Shown one piece after another: positions 9,814-19,299 of a stretch of 64,000 nucleotides of DNA; position 1 is the first letter of the stretch, and each line of letters begins with the position of its first letter. The position numbers were made by a program, and so were the translations under genes. Source of the DNA: Nitrospirota bacterium (GTDB lineage Bacteria > Nitrospirota > UBA9217); assembly GCA_963840455.1 (NCBI GenBank), contig CAWIYV010000010.1, forward strand, positions 192,001 through 256,000. Direction: 5' to 3'. Below the pieces are notes generated by a model, which was given only the letters and a program-made list of their open reading frames with translations, did no database searches and was not told where the DNA came from.

Positions 9814-9818
9814 CGCCG

Positions 9819-12737
9819 TCACAGTTCCAGCGGCGCCCAGAGCCCGACATAGGCCTGCGCTTCGCCTTCCTGGTCCAGGCCCTTGGCGAACACGAACCGT
9901 ATTGTGAGCGGCAGATAGTAACCGAGCGTCATGTCCAGCCGCGCCTCGGCACCCATGCTCCGCCGGACGCCGTTCTCATGGAACGTGCCGTCCCAGGCAT
10001 TGCCTGCCTCGAAGAAGACGGCGCCATGCAGCTTCCGGTAGTAGAAAGGCTTGGTATCCCACCCCTTCTCCAGGAGCGAGATGGGAAAACGGTATTCCAG
10101 GCTCCCGAGCGCAGCCTTCTGCCCGCGCAGCACGTTGGTCGGGTAGCCTCGGAGGGTGACCGTCTGGTCGTCGAGGGAGAGCATGATATCTCCCGGGTTG
10201 TCGCCGCCGAGCTGGTAGGCGCCCTGCGCCGGCGCCTGGCCCGTTGAGGTCCCGCCAAAGGCGCGCACCAGCAGGACATGGTGTTTCCACGGCAGGTTCA
10301 GGTACTCGTGCCAATCAGCGGAATACTTCGTGAACTCAAAGTCGCTGCCCAAGGACCTGTCGAACCGCTCTGCGCCGACCTTGAAGGTCCTTCCCTGTTC
10401 GGGGCTGATGGAGAAGGCGTACCGCCTCGAGCTATTATAAAGGTAGCTCAACCGGCCTGACACCAGGTCGCCCTGCGCGGGCAGCGGGCCGCTATAGCCG
10501 GGCCAGGGCGGCAGGTCGGTAAGGTTGGAGACCTCCTTCCATTGATATCCGATGGTCAGCACGTGTTGGCTCGCGTTCTTCAGCAGCGGCACGATGAGCG
10601 ATGCTCCGATGGTCCTGTCGCGTTCAACGTAGTCCTTGGCACCCCTGGCGTCCTGCAGGAAATCACTGTAGGTGACGTCATTGTCCGCGGCGTGAAGGTG
10701 AAGGGTCGGATACATCCCATCGTAGAAATAGTCGATGCCGTACCAGATGCGGCCGTTCTTCGGGCCATAGAGCACCGTGGCGGTGTATTGGTGGCGCTGG
10801 ACCACGTCCTGGCCAAAGGTGAATGCACCCACCAGGGTCCCGCTTTCATAGCTGTACCCGAACCAGGGCAGCCAGAACCGGGGATAGATCGTAGAGGCCG
10901 GGCTGTAAGGCCGGGAAGATGTTTCGACCGCGTTCTCCGCGTACTGCACGGAAGGATATCGATCGACGTAGGGTTCCGCGGGCTTCCACGCCGAAGGCTC
11001 AAGACCCATGAGGTGGATGTCGTATCCCTTGGAGCTGTAGGACGCGAAGGCCAGCGTCTTGTTGTCCGGCGACGGTGAAGGCGCAAAGGCGCCGCCCAGA
11101 ACGTTCGTCACTTGCAAGAGCTGCTTCGTCCCAGGTTCGTAAGCGTAGATATTGAAGATGCCGCTCCGGTCGGATGAAAAGTAGAGATATTTGCCGTCAG
11201 CGCTCCAGGCAGGTCCGAGATCAACGGCCCGGTCGTGCGTTATGTCCTCGATGACCTTGCCCGCGGGGTCGAGAAGAATGATGTCCCGGTACCCGCCCGG
11301 ACGCCATATTCCTGCGGCGATGGTCTTCCCGTCAGGGCTCCACCGCGGTGTCTCGTACTGCTCAACGCTCCAGGGAGTAAGGGGAGCAATGTTCTTCTCC
11401 TCTGCCGGTCCCGTTCGGACCGTCGAAAGGTCCAGCATTGCCAACAGCGTCATGCCCATCCGGTTCATGACGAAGACAAGCGACCTGCCGTCCGGCGAGA
11501 GATGGGGATCGCGCGCCCGGAGCCCCTTCGTGAGCCGGACCTCCCGTTTCCTGGTCACATCAAAGGAATAGAGATCATCATAATAGTCCGTGTTCCGGAT
11601 GATCTCGATCTTGGTGTAATAGAGCCTCTTCCCGTCAGCGCTCCAGGAAAGCGCGGTCCCCGATGCAGAGGATGGGAAGATGTTCTCGGCGATCTTCTTC
11701 GCATTGCTCCCATCCGCGTCGGCCAGATAGATGCCGGGATATTCGTCGCCCTGGACCACACCGAAGGCGATCTTTGTTCCGTCCGGCGAGATTGCAGGAT
11801 TCGCGGTCACGAAGCCTTTGCGGGTAAGCGGCGTGGATGGCGTCAAGCCCTTTGACGAAAGCTCATCGCGCTGCTTTCCATATCTGTTCTCGAGCTCACG
11901 CTTCCATTCGCTCCAAAGCTGCTCGTAATTCTCCTGCAGGACTTTCTCGCCCGTGGAGCCTACCAGGAAGGGGAACTTTCTGCTGCTGTACAGGAGGCTC
12001 ACCTCGGCAAGCTTATCCCGTCCGTACTTGTCAGCGATGAACCGGGTGAAACCCTCGCCGAAAAGATAGGGCAGATCGCCGGCGGGCCAGGAATCAGGAA
12101 AGACCGAGGCCTGCCCGAGGTCGGGGAAGGCGTTCTCGAGCACCGCGGTGCGGATCTCCATCTCGGCGCCCGGCGAGCGGCCCCGGCCGCCTCCGGTCAG
12201 CTCGGTCTCCTCATAGGTCGCGAGGCCTTCGATCATCCACTCGGGCTGGAACAGGTTGGGGAAATAGATCCTGCCCAGGACTTTCTGCACCGTCTCGGGT
12301 CCGCCGTTCACCATGTCTAGGTGCAGCACGTGGGTGTACTCGTGGGTGATCAGGAGCCGGAGCCAGTCGTCGTAGGCGGTGAGGCCGAAGCCCGGACCGC
12401 CCGCAGGTTGGGTGAGGAAGAGGACGATCTGGTTGTAGGGAATGGGAGACGTATAGCCGTTCGCCTCATCCATGGCATCCACGAGCACGAGGCGGGTCTT
12501 GTCCTTCGGCTCCCACCTGATCTTCGGCACGAGCCGGCTGTGGACGTCCTCGGCGATGACCGCCGCCCGCTTCGCAATAGCCTCGCCGTCCTGGTGGTAG
12601 TGAATGAGGAAGTGCGGCGTCTCGAGCGTGGTCCAGACAAAGGAGGGGTCGAACTTGGCATACACAGCCCCGCCGCCCAGCGACAGGAGCAGGGCCGCTA
12701 TCCATGGAAGTTGCCTGATTGATCTGGAAAGGTTCAT
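9819..12737 (-). CDS. Outer-membrane protein: gluzincin-like peptidase + TolB/PD40 beta-propeller + Omp85/BamA-like barrel
   Basis: Signal peptide; HEYTH plus downstream EGLA; repeated P.WSPDG; LRGY and EYRFP barrel motifs; ATG 12737 downstream of TTGACA-17-CATAAT (12770-12798). Confidence 0.8.
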   Translation of the reverse strand: MNLSRSIRQLPWIAALLLSLGGGAVYAKFDPSFVWTTLETPHFLIHYHQDGEAIAKRAAVIAEDVHSRLVPKIRWEPKDKTRLVLVDAMDEANGYTSPIPYNQIVLFLTQPAGGPGFGLTAYDDWLRLLITHEYTHVLHLDMVNGGPETVQKVLGRIYFPNLFQPEWMIEGLATYEETELTGGGRGRSPGAEMEIRTAVLENAFPDLGQASVFPDSWPAGDLPYLFGEGFTRFIADKYGRDKLAEVSLLYSSRKFPFLVGSTGEKVLQENYEQLWSEWKRELENRYGKQRDELSSKGLTPSTPLTRKGFVTANPAISPDGTKIAFGVVQGDEYPGIYLADADGSNAKKIAENIFPSSASGTALSWSADGKRLYYTKIEIIRNTDYYDDLYSFDVTRKREVRLTKGLRARDPHLSPDGRSLVFVMNRMGMTLLAMLDLSTVRTGPAEEKNIAPLTPWSVEQYETPRWSPDGKTIAAGIWRPGGYRDIILLDPAGKVIEDITHDRAVDLGPAWSADGKYLYFSSDRSGIFNIYAYEPGTKQLLQVTNVLGGAFAPSPSPDNKTLAFASYSSKGYDIHLMGLEPSAWKPAEPYVDRYPSVQYAENAVETSSRPYSPASTIYPRFWLPWFGYSYESGTLVGAFTFGQDVVQRHQYTATVLYGPKNGRIWYGIDYFYDGMYPTLHLHAADNDVTYSDFLQDARGAKDYVERDRTIGASLIVPLLKNASQHVLTIGYQWKEVSNLTDLPPWPGYSGPLPAQGDLVSGRLSYLYNSSRRYAFSISPEQGRTFKVGAERFDRSLGSDFEFTKYSADWHEYLNLPWKHHVLLVRAFGGTSTGQAPAQGAYQLGGDNPGDIMLSLDDQTVTLRGYPTNVLRGQKAALGSLEYRFPISLLEKGWDTKPFYYRKLHGAVFFEAGNAWDGTFHENGVRRSMGAEARLDMTLGYYLPLTIRFVFAKGLDQEGEAQAYVGLWAPLEL

Positions 12738-13033
12738 GAGTTTCGCATGAGAGATCAAGACGTGGGGCAATTATGGTATGCAACGAGGTTTTTGTCAAGG
12801 AACACAGGGCTCCACAGCGGTGCCACCAAAGGATGCCTCGAGCTTCCTCGAACAAATCCGGCTGCTCTCTCACGTTTTCCTTCGGACCTCGGCAGTCAAA
12901 AGGTCTCGATATCCAGGCTGGACAGTGACCGGCTCCGCAGCCCGCAGATCAGAATAGCCGGCAAGATGATCTTCCCTCAGGGGGGGTAATGCCGGGTCCT
13001 CGTGTCGATCCGGTTTGCGGGACCTGTCGGTGC

Positions 13034-13065
13034 AAAAAAAAGGGCTCCTTCAGGGAGCCCTTTTT
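13034..13065. terminator. Intrinsic terminator, bidirectional geometry
   Basis: A-run, AGGGCTCC/GGAGCCCT stem, T-run. Confidence 0.8.
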
Positions 13066-13083
13066 GAGAAGTGCTCGGTTTGC

Positions 13084-14301
13084 TTAAGGCGTCGGCGTCA
13101 AGGTAAAGTCTTTTATAACATCAGCAAGGGAGATATCCACATTCGCCGACTGGGTCTGGTAGCCGGCAGCGGATGCCTCGACGTCATACTGGCCTCCACT
13201 CCCGGAGGGTGAGGTAAATACGATCGGCAACGTACCCGTACCGTACTGCCCGAGCAGCGGCGCGGCTACAGGCAGTTCCAGCGAGTAGGAATTGGACAGC
13301 ACGATCGCCTGCGATTTCACCGTGACCGTCGGGCCGCCTCCCGTAAAGGTTTGCTTCGTGACCACATAAGCAATATCCGTTGTATTGGTCGGATTCGATG
13401 TCACCGAGCCGCTGATGGTGTGCATCGTGGAGGTCGGCATTGTGATCGGCGCGCCGCTGGTGCTCACCATGGTCACGATGGCCGTGCTCGTTGCGCTCGT
13501 CACGGGAACACCGGCAATGACCGCGGTCGCACGGCCGTCAGCAGTGATGACGACATCGTAGGTTCCGGCTGCCAGATGAGAGAGGAAGAACTCGCCGGTC
13601 TGCGGATTCGGCACCGTGGAGCGGATGACCGTACCGCTTACCTGTGACGAGACCATGACGTTGTTGTTCAGCAAGGCCCTATCGACAAAGCCATCGATCC
13701 CCGTGAGCACGGCGGGAAGTACGCGGATCACCGGCTTGAGCCCGTACGTTCCGTTTCCGCGTCTCACGATGGACTTCAACGCGTCGAAATCCAGCACAAG
13801 ATCGATTCGCTGCCCCGGAGCCACATCGAACTCGTTGATCAGTTTGATGCCGCTTTGCACCGCGCTTGGCGTGTCCATAGGGATTTCGGTCTTTGTCCCC
13901 GACAGGACGACGGAATTGGCGGGAATCGTTCCCGTGTTCGCAGATAAGACAAGACGCAGTTGCGTGTAGTGGCCTGCGGGCAATGATGTCTGGCCCAGGC
14001 TTTCGAGGACGCCATTGGTGAGGCTCAACAGGTTGATCTTCCGTGCCGGTTCGAGGGTGATGTCTGACCAGCCGGCGTCATTCTCGGAGGCCGTAGCGCT
14101 TTGATGCACACGCACTTTGCGGACGGTGACATTCACCGCGTCGAGGTTGGGGGCGGCCGCATCGGTCAGCGCAACGCTCAAAGTGCCTTGCGGCGAGGTG
14201 CCTTGCGACGAACCGGAAGAACTGCCACCTCCGCAACCTGTCGCGAAAATGACGAGTAATACCGTGAACCATAGAACGAAGATCTTCTTGTGTTCCTGCA
14301 T
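13084..14301 (-). CDS. DUF4382-domain lipoprotein with C-terminal beta-sandwich domains
   Basis: Lipobox ATGC plus Ser/Gly linker; GTLSVALTDA, INLLSLTNG, LPAGHYTQLRL, LDFDA, LKPVIR. Confidence 0.8.
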   Translation of the reverse strand: MQEHKKIFVLWFTVLLVIFATGCGGGSSSGSSQGTSPQGTLSVALTDAAAPNLDAVNVTVRKVRVHQSATASENDAGWSDITLEPARKINLLSLTNGVLESLGQTSLPAGHYTQLRLVLSANTGTIPANSVVLSGTKTEIPMDTPSAVQSGIKLINEFDVAPGQRIDLVLDFDALKSIVRRGNGTYGLKPVIRVLPAVLTGIDGFVDRALLNNNVMVSSQVSGTVIRSTVPNPQTGEFFLSHLAAGTYDVVITADGRATAVIAGVPVTSATSTAIVTMVSTSGAPITMPTSTMHTISGSVTSNPTNTTDIAYVVTKQTFTGGGPTVTVKSQAIVLSNSYSLELPVAAPLLGQYGTGTLPIVFTSPSGSGGQYDVEASAAGYQTQSANVDISLADVIKDFTLTPTP

Positions 14302-14477
14302 ATCCGTATCCTCCTCTTTGACCAGCGTTTCGCTGGAAGCTTCAAGATGTTATCCGCGGTGAACTTTGCCTCCTACTTCCGGGACCGCCCTTGTTCGTCT
14401 TCTTGCTCCAGGAAACGAAACAATTCCGAACCTTCCTGCCGTTGCCGATGACCCGTATCACCATCACCGGCTTTATG

Positions 14478-14526
14478 AAAAAAGAAGGCCGAGCTCGCCT
14501 CCGGTTCATCCTTTGGCAGCTCGGCC
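14478..14526 (-). terminator. Riboswitch expression-platform terminator
   Basis: GGCCGAGCT pairs with AGCTCGGCC, followed by TTCTTTTTT; the 5' arm overlaps aptamer P3. Confidence 0.75.
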
Positions 14527-14592
14527 GTCTCGGTTTTCTAAGACCCGTCGCTTTCCGTCCCCGCCTCACGACGGGCTTGGCTTTATCATGAA
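14505..14592 (-). ncRNA. Cyclic di-GMP-I (GEMM-I) riboswitch
   Basis: AAAGCCAAGCCCGTC-GTGA-GGCGGG-GACGG-AAA-GCGACGGGTC...GACGGCCGAGCTGCC with P1 TTCAT/ATGAA; promoter CTGACA-17-TATATT at 14611-14639. Confidence 0.88.
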
Positions 14593-14859
14593 GGAGCAAC
14601 TATAAGAATAAATATAGCACTAAAGTAAGCGTTTGTCAGGTTGGAAAAAGAAATCATCGATGCATGCAAAAGTGCACAATTGCTGAAAAAGTAGTCGTTT
14701 ATTTGGATCACTCACTAACCGGGAAAGACCATGGGAAAGAGGAACAAAGCAGGTCATGGCAGGATGGGATGCTTCAACTCCGTCATGGGCCAGCGTTCCG
14801 AGAAGGCGATGAGGACGAGGCAGGATGCATTCATGATGCGCTCCAGCAGGCCGCGGGCA

Positions 14860-16437
14860 TCATTTCCGGTAATGGAGCTCAAACCGGAGCGGAATCCCCG
14901 AGGCGAGCTCCCTTGCAGCCTCTTCGATGTGCCTGTGCTCCTTCGGCGTATGGGTGACGCCCCGGAGGACCAGGCCGTCTCCGTCAGGCAGGACATCGAT
15001 GACCGGGATGAAGAAGGCGGGGTCCGTGGCGATTCCGGCCTTTACCCTGGCAGCGGCAACGCGAAGCCGCAGCCCAGCCTGCGCCTCCTCCGTAACGGTT
15101 CGATGTGCAAGGGCATCAATGACCGCCTTCACCTCGAGGTCAACAGACTGTCCGGCAACGGAAAAGACATGGTCGTACTCCGCCGGGTCGTCCCACCGGC
15201 CGCCGTAGATCGCATGAAGGAAACGGGACCGCTCGCTGTCCGTTTTTTCGCAAAGCCAGCGCGCCGTTTCCCGGTCCACACCTTCACGCTTCACGATGCG
15301 CTCGACTCGCGCATCGAGCGGAGCGGTGACCCGGACCCGGAAAGCATGGGGGACCCCCTTCAGAACGAAGTTCCCCCCCCGTCCCATGATGACCACACCG
15401 CCCCGTTGGGCGTGCTCGAGGATATGCCACTGCACCAGAGCGGCAAAACCCCGGAAGGACCAGTCATACTTCTCCCATACTGTCGGACAATGCTCGTCGA
15501 GGTCCTCCGCCCACTGCTCCCACTTCGGCCCGTCCTTCCGAATGTCCGCAAGGATGGCCTCCCGGTCTACGTAGTCGTAGCCAAGCTCTTTTGCTACTGC
15601 CTGTCCGATCTCCCTGCCTCCGCTCCCGAACTCGCGCGAAATGGTAAGCACTGCCCGTGGGACCTGCGGGTTCGCCGTCTTACCTATGCCTTGCACAACA
15701 CCCTCCTCTTTTTCCGTCCGGACCATCCAGCGCATCCAGAGCTTGCCCATGATAATGACGCCAGCGGCAAAGAAGATCTCTAGGGAATATTGTAGCACCC
15801 TGTTCGGGTGTTGGAGGTCCGGGGTCAGGAGGGATGCGGGCAGGAACCGCACCGTGAAGGGGTCGGTGATCATCATCTCGCCGCCCACCTTTCCGAGGAT
15901 CGCGGCGCCGATATAGATGATGACCGGGTATTTGTCCATAAGCAGGGACAGCAGGTTGCTCGTGAACACAATGAAGGGGATGCTGAGCCCGAGGCCGAAG
16001 AGCAGGAGGAACAGGTTGCCATGGGACGCGCCGCCCACGGCAAGCATATTGTCCAACGACATGGTGATGTCCGCAATGACGATGATTTTGATCGCCTGCC
16101 AGATGGTCGTCGCCTTGCGCTCATGATCGTCCTCCGGAGCGCCCTCGACGAACAGCTTCACGGCGATCCAGAGGATCAGGATGCCGCCGGCCAGCTTCAC
16201 ATAACTGACGTTCAGAAGCTGGGCGACAAAGAACGTGAGCACCACGCGGAGGAGCACCGCGGCGGCGGCACCGAAGAGAATGCCCTTCTTCCGCTGTTCG
16301 TGCGGAAGGGAGCGCACGGCCATGGCGATGACCACGGCATTGTCGCCGGCCAGGATAAGGTCAATGACGACGATGCTGAGCAGGGCCGACAGGAATGCCA
16401 GGTCGAAGCTGATGTGTCCGATCATGCCGAGGTCCAC
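14860..16437 (-). CDS. TerC (YjbE-type) membrane domain fused to a cytidylate-kinase-like domain
   Basis: DLILAGDNAVVIAMA, DITMSLDNMLAV (TerC); TISREFGSGGREIG, VIMGRGG, D.ER (cytidylate kinase-like); GTG start after GGGAG. Confidence 0.82.
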   Translation of the reverse strand: MDLGMIGHISFDLAFLSALLSIVVIDLILAGDNAVVIAMAVRSLPHEQRKKGILFGAAAAVLLRVVLTFFVAQLLNVSYVKLAGGILILWIAVKLFVEGAPEDDHERKATTIWQAIKIIVIADITMSLDNMLAVGGASHGNLFLLLFGLGLSIPFIVFTSNLLSLLMDKYPVIIYIGAAILGKVGGEMMITDPFTVRFLPASLLTPDLQHPNRVLQYSLEIFFAAGVIIMGKLWMRWMVRTEKEEGVVQGIGKTANPQVPRAVLTISREFGSGGREIGQAVAKELGYDYVDREAILADIRKDGPKWEQWAEDLDEHCPTVWEKYDWSFRGFAALVQWHILEHAQRGGVVIMGRGGNFVLKGVPHAFRVRVTAPLDARVERIVKREGVDRETARWLCEKTDSERSRFLHAIYGGRWDDPAEYDHVFSVAGQSVDLEVKAVIDALAHRTVTEEAQAGLRLRVAAARVKAGIATDPAFFIPVIDVLPDGDGLVLRGVTHTPKEHRHIEEAARELASGIPLRFELHYRK

Positions 16438-16461
16438 GAGTACGCTCCCGGAGCCGATACG

Positions 16462-16507
16462 AAAAAGCCCTGGGCGGATTATCGGCCAGGGTTTCCCATT
16501 GTGTCAA
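16462..16507 (-). terminator. Terminator hairpin overlapping a TTGACA-18-GATAAT promoter for the TerC fusion
   Basis: AAACCCTGG...CCAGGGCTTTTT; -35 at 16502-16507, -10 at 16478-16483. Confidence 0.55.
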
Positions 16508-16540
16508 GCATATATTTGTTCCGGGCGAATGCCCGGCGCT

Positions 16541-16813
16541 TCATTGCGCGGACTGCCGCATCGCTCCGAGGAGACGGCCATACTCGTCCCGGGCTGCGCT
16601 CCAGCGCTGCAGCGCCTCGAACGCCTGCTGCCATTCCCGGAGTTCGCCGGCGGCGGACAGAAGACCGTGATCCCGGCCGGGACCGAGGACCTCATCGGTC
16701 CTCACGCCGTGGCGGGCCTCCAGGCCGTCGAGCACCTTCCGGTATCTTTTCACATATCCCTGGCACACACCGAGCTCCCGGGACAGGGATATCTCGTATT
16801 CATCGGTATGCAT
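16541..16813 (-). CDS. Small helical hypothetical protein
   Basis: GGAGG SD before ATG; 90 aa; co-oriented in the operon. Confidence 0.65.
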   Translation of the reverse strand: MHTDEYEISLSRELGVCQGYVKRYRKVLDGLEARHGVRTDEVLGPGRDHGLLSAAGELREWQQAFEALQRWSAARDEYGRLLGAMRQSAQ

Positions 16814-16899
16814 CGCGTATCCTCCGTGTCGCTGTCATCGGAAAAGAAACGCGGGAAGGCTGCTGCCTTCCCGCTCGGAACGCAGACCGGTGCGAACCT

Positions 16900-17061
16900 T
16901 TAATGGCCGCTCGGGAAGAACGTAGCGCTCACCCAGTACAGGATGATCAGCGACGCCACCCCGATGCCGATGCTCCACCTGATCAGCTGCATTTCCACCG
17001 GCAGGAGCGGCTCATATTCCATCTTTTTCAGTTCTTCTGATAATTTAGGCTTGTCAGCCAT
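16900..17061 (-). CDS. Small single-TM protein downstream of the YeiH exporter
   Basis: GGAGG SD, MADKPK...EYEPLLPVE..LIRWSIGIG; 53 aa. Confidence 0.72.
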   Translation of the reverse strand: MADKPKLSEELKKMEYEPLLPVEMQLIRWSIGIGVASLIILYWVSATFFPSGH

Positions 17062-17084
17062 GTGGTATCCCTCCTGTGTGTGGT

Positions 17085-18986
17085 CTATCCTACCAGCGGC
17101 GGCTTCACGCCATGGAAGAAGAGCCATGAAATGAACAGGCCGATCCAGATGATGAACCCGAACAGCGCAACGACATACACGACCATCAGCTTGCCGATGC
17201 CTTCTTCCCAGAGCTTCTTGAAGTCGGAAACGATGCCGATGGTAAAGAAGGTGAACACGAAGAACAGCACCCGGAACACGTTACTTGAGCTGGTCGCCGT
17301 ACCCGCCGCCGCCATGGTCGCTTTGGGCCCCTTGATCGAGTCGCCGAGGGTCTTCAGACGGTCTTTTGCGGCCGCAACCTTGGCCTGCACCGCCGGGTCG
17401 GGTTTTGTCGATGCGAGCTGCTTTTCGGCATCGGCGATCTCCTGCTTCATTGCCTTCATCTCCTTGTCCGCCGCGGAATTCGGCTTCGGCTTTTGGTACT
17501 TGGCTTTCAGACCATCCAGTTTGGCCTTGGCAATGGTGATCTTCTCCTGCAGCGCGGCCTGGGCAGCCTGCGACGCGGACAGCTGCTTTTCCGCTGCGGC
17601 GACCTCTTGCCGTATGGCCTTCGACTCCTTGTCCACCGGGCTGATCGTCGTCGAGGCCGGCCAGCAGATCACCAGCAGAATGAAGAACGTGAGGGCATAG
17701 CCGATGACGAACTTGGGGAACCGGTACCAGATCTCGATAGGGCTGGCCTTTTGTCCCGGCTTGCATTCGATCTTCGCGCACCAGATGATGGCCAGTATGA
17801 ATGCCCAGATGCCGATAAAGATGTCGATGAACATCTTCACGGTCGTGGCCGTCATCGTCATCCAGCCTTCCTGATAATTGATGCCTGCCTCAAGCGACTT
17901 GGCGCGGATAAGGGCATCGGTGATCGCGCCGGAGGCCACGGCCCCACCGTCGGTCTTGACCGCGAGGCCCATCCAGGCGCCGGCTACCAGTGGTTCCTTC
18001 CAGAGGAAGGTCTGGGCAGCGAAGGGAAGGATGACCATCTCCACCACCGCAAAGATCACGACCAGCGACGAGACCATGATGGGCACTACCGGACGGGCCC
18101 GGATGGCGCCGCCCGTGGCGATAGCCGCGGACACGCCGCAGATCGAGATGCCCGAGGCGAGCGGCGCTGCCCATTCCCTGCTGAACTTGAAGTACTTCCG
18201 GGCCATGTAGTACACGACGGCCCAGTAGATCAGGTATGCCTCGATGATGGCGCAGAGACCGCGGAACATGATGTTACTTGCGAGCGTGAATGACTCTGCC
18301 GCCTTGAGACCCAAGGCCGCGCCCATGATGACGATGGCGGTCTTGATGTACAGCTCAGGCCGCGAGGCCTCCTTGAGCTTCTCGGAAATTTTCGGGAAGA
18401 AGTTCCCCACGATGAGACCGGCAATGAGCGCAATAATGAAGCCTGACTCTCCCGTCAGGCTGAGCGACCAGGGGATCTTGAACGCGCCGAGCTTGTCCTT
18501 GGTCGCGGCAATGTACGCATAGTGGCCGGCGAACCAGCAGGCATAGCTGGCAAAGAAAATGACTGTGAACCCGATCGCAAACTTCTTGACATCGGACCCC
18601 ATGAGCATTGCGCCGATGCTCATGATCGCAAGCATGGCAAGGTAGGTTAACAGGAGCGAGGCAAAGCCGGAGAGGCCGGCCTTCTCGTACTTGTCCCCGA
18701 CCTTGAGGCTTGCCGTGTCCTCCTTGACCATAACCGTTTCTTCTTTGCCGTCGGCCTTCTTGAGGGTCAGTTTCTTCCCGTCGATCTTGATGATCTCGCC
18801 CTTTACCGTCTGGTACGTCTTCGAGACGGGCGACATGGCCTTCGCAGGGTCCATCCATACCGAGGTGTTGATCCCCCATCCCAGGAAATCGTTGCCGCTG
18901 AAGGTAAACAAGGAAAGCACAAAAATTGCCAGACCGAGCCATAATGCCAGCCAGTCCTCACTCAGGCCCTTCGCTTTTTCCTCCAT
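17085..18986 (-). CDS. YeiH / putative sulfate exporter (PSE) family transporter with soluble insertions
   Basis: SEDWLALW, ASGISICGVSAAIA, GAWMGLAVKTDG, RFPKFVIG. Confidence 0.82.
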   Translation of the reverse strand: MEEKAKGLSEDWLALWLGLAIFVLSLFTFSGNDFLGWGINTSVWMDPAKAMSPVSKTYQTVKGEIIKIDGKKLTLKKADGKEETVMVKEDTASLKVGDKYEKAGLSGFASLLLTYLAMLAIMSIGAMLMGSDVKKFAIGFTVIFFASYACWFAGHYAYIAATKDKLGAFKIPWSLSLTGESGFIIALIAGLIVGNFFPKISEKLKEASRPELYIKTAIVIMGAALGLKAAESFTLASNIMFRGLCAIIEAYLIYWAVVYYMARKYFKFSREWAAPLASGISICGVSAAIATGGAIRARPVVPIMVSSLVVIFAVVEMVILPFAAQTFLWKEPLVAGAWMGLAVKTDGGAVASGAITDALIRAKSLEAGINYQEGWMTMTATTVKMFIDIFIGIWAFILAIIWCAKIECKPGQKASPIEIWYRFPKFVIGYALTFFILLVICWPASTTISPVDKESKAIRQEVAAAEKQLSASQAAQAALQEKITIAKAKLDGLKAKYQKPKPNSAADKEMKAMKQEIADAEKQLASTKPDPAVQAKVAAAKDRLKTLGDSIKGPKATMAAAGTATSSSNVFRVLFFVFTFFTIGIVSDFKKLWEEGIGKLMVVYVVALFGFIIWIGLFISWLFFHGVKPPLVG

Positions 18987-19250
18987 AGCTACCAGTTCCC
19001 CCTTTCCATAAGAGTATCGGCTTCAGAACATCGGTGAAGCACGATCCGTCCCCGGGACGGCAGACCTGCCGCACTGCATCACCTCCCACCGGACATGTCG
19101 TCACTGCATGTTGGTCTTCGCAAGACTCTTTGTCTCGGAACTTTCGTAGTTATGATATCGGTGCCGATGTTTGTCAAGGTCATTATCGAGGCATGTCACT
19201 CATGATGAGACCTCCCCGATCAGTTCCTGAACATCATCGGGCTTGGCGTG

Positions 19251-19280
19251 AAAAAAGGCCGGGGAGCTGTCTCCCCGACC
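19251..19280 (-). terminator. Intrinsic terminator after the rhodanese gene
   Basis: GGTCGGGGAG-ACAG-CTCCCCGGCC-TTTTTT. Confidence 0.8.
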
Positions 19281-19299
19281 CACCGATTAGAGCATGTCA

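Noticed and set aside
16438-16540. yybP-ykoY Mn riboswitch upstream of the TerC fusion
   Set aside because: Spacer is short and explained by a terminator plus promoter; no four-way junction motif seen
19154-19176. Third sigma54 promoter upstream of the YeiH gene (CGGCAC)
   Set aside because: The -12 element is TCAT rather than TTGC; a sigma70 TTGACA-17-CATAAC fits better
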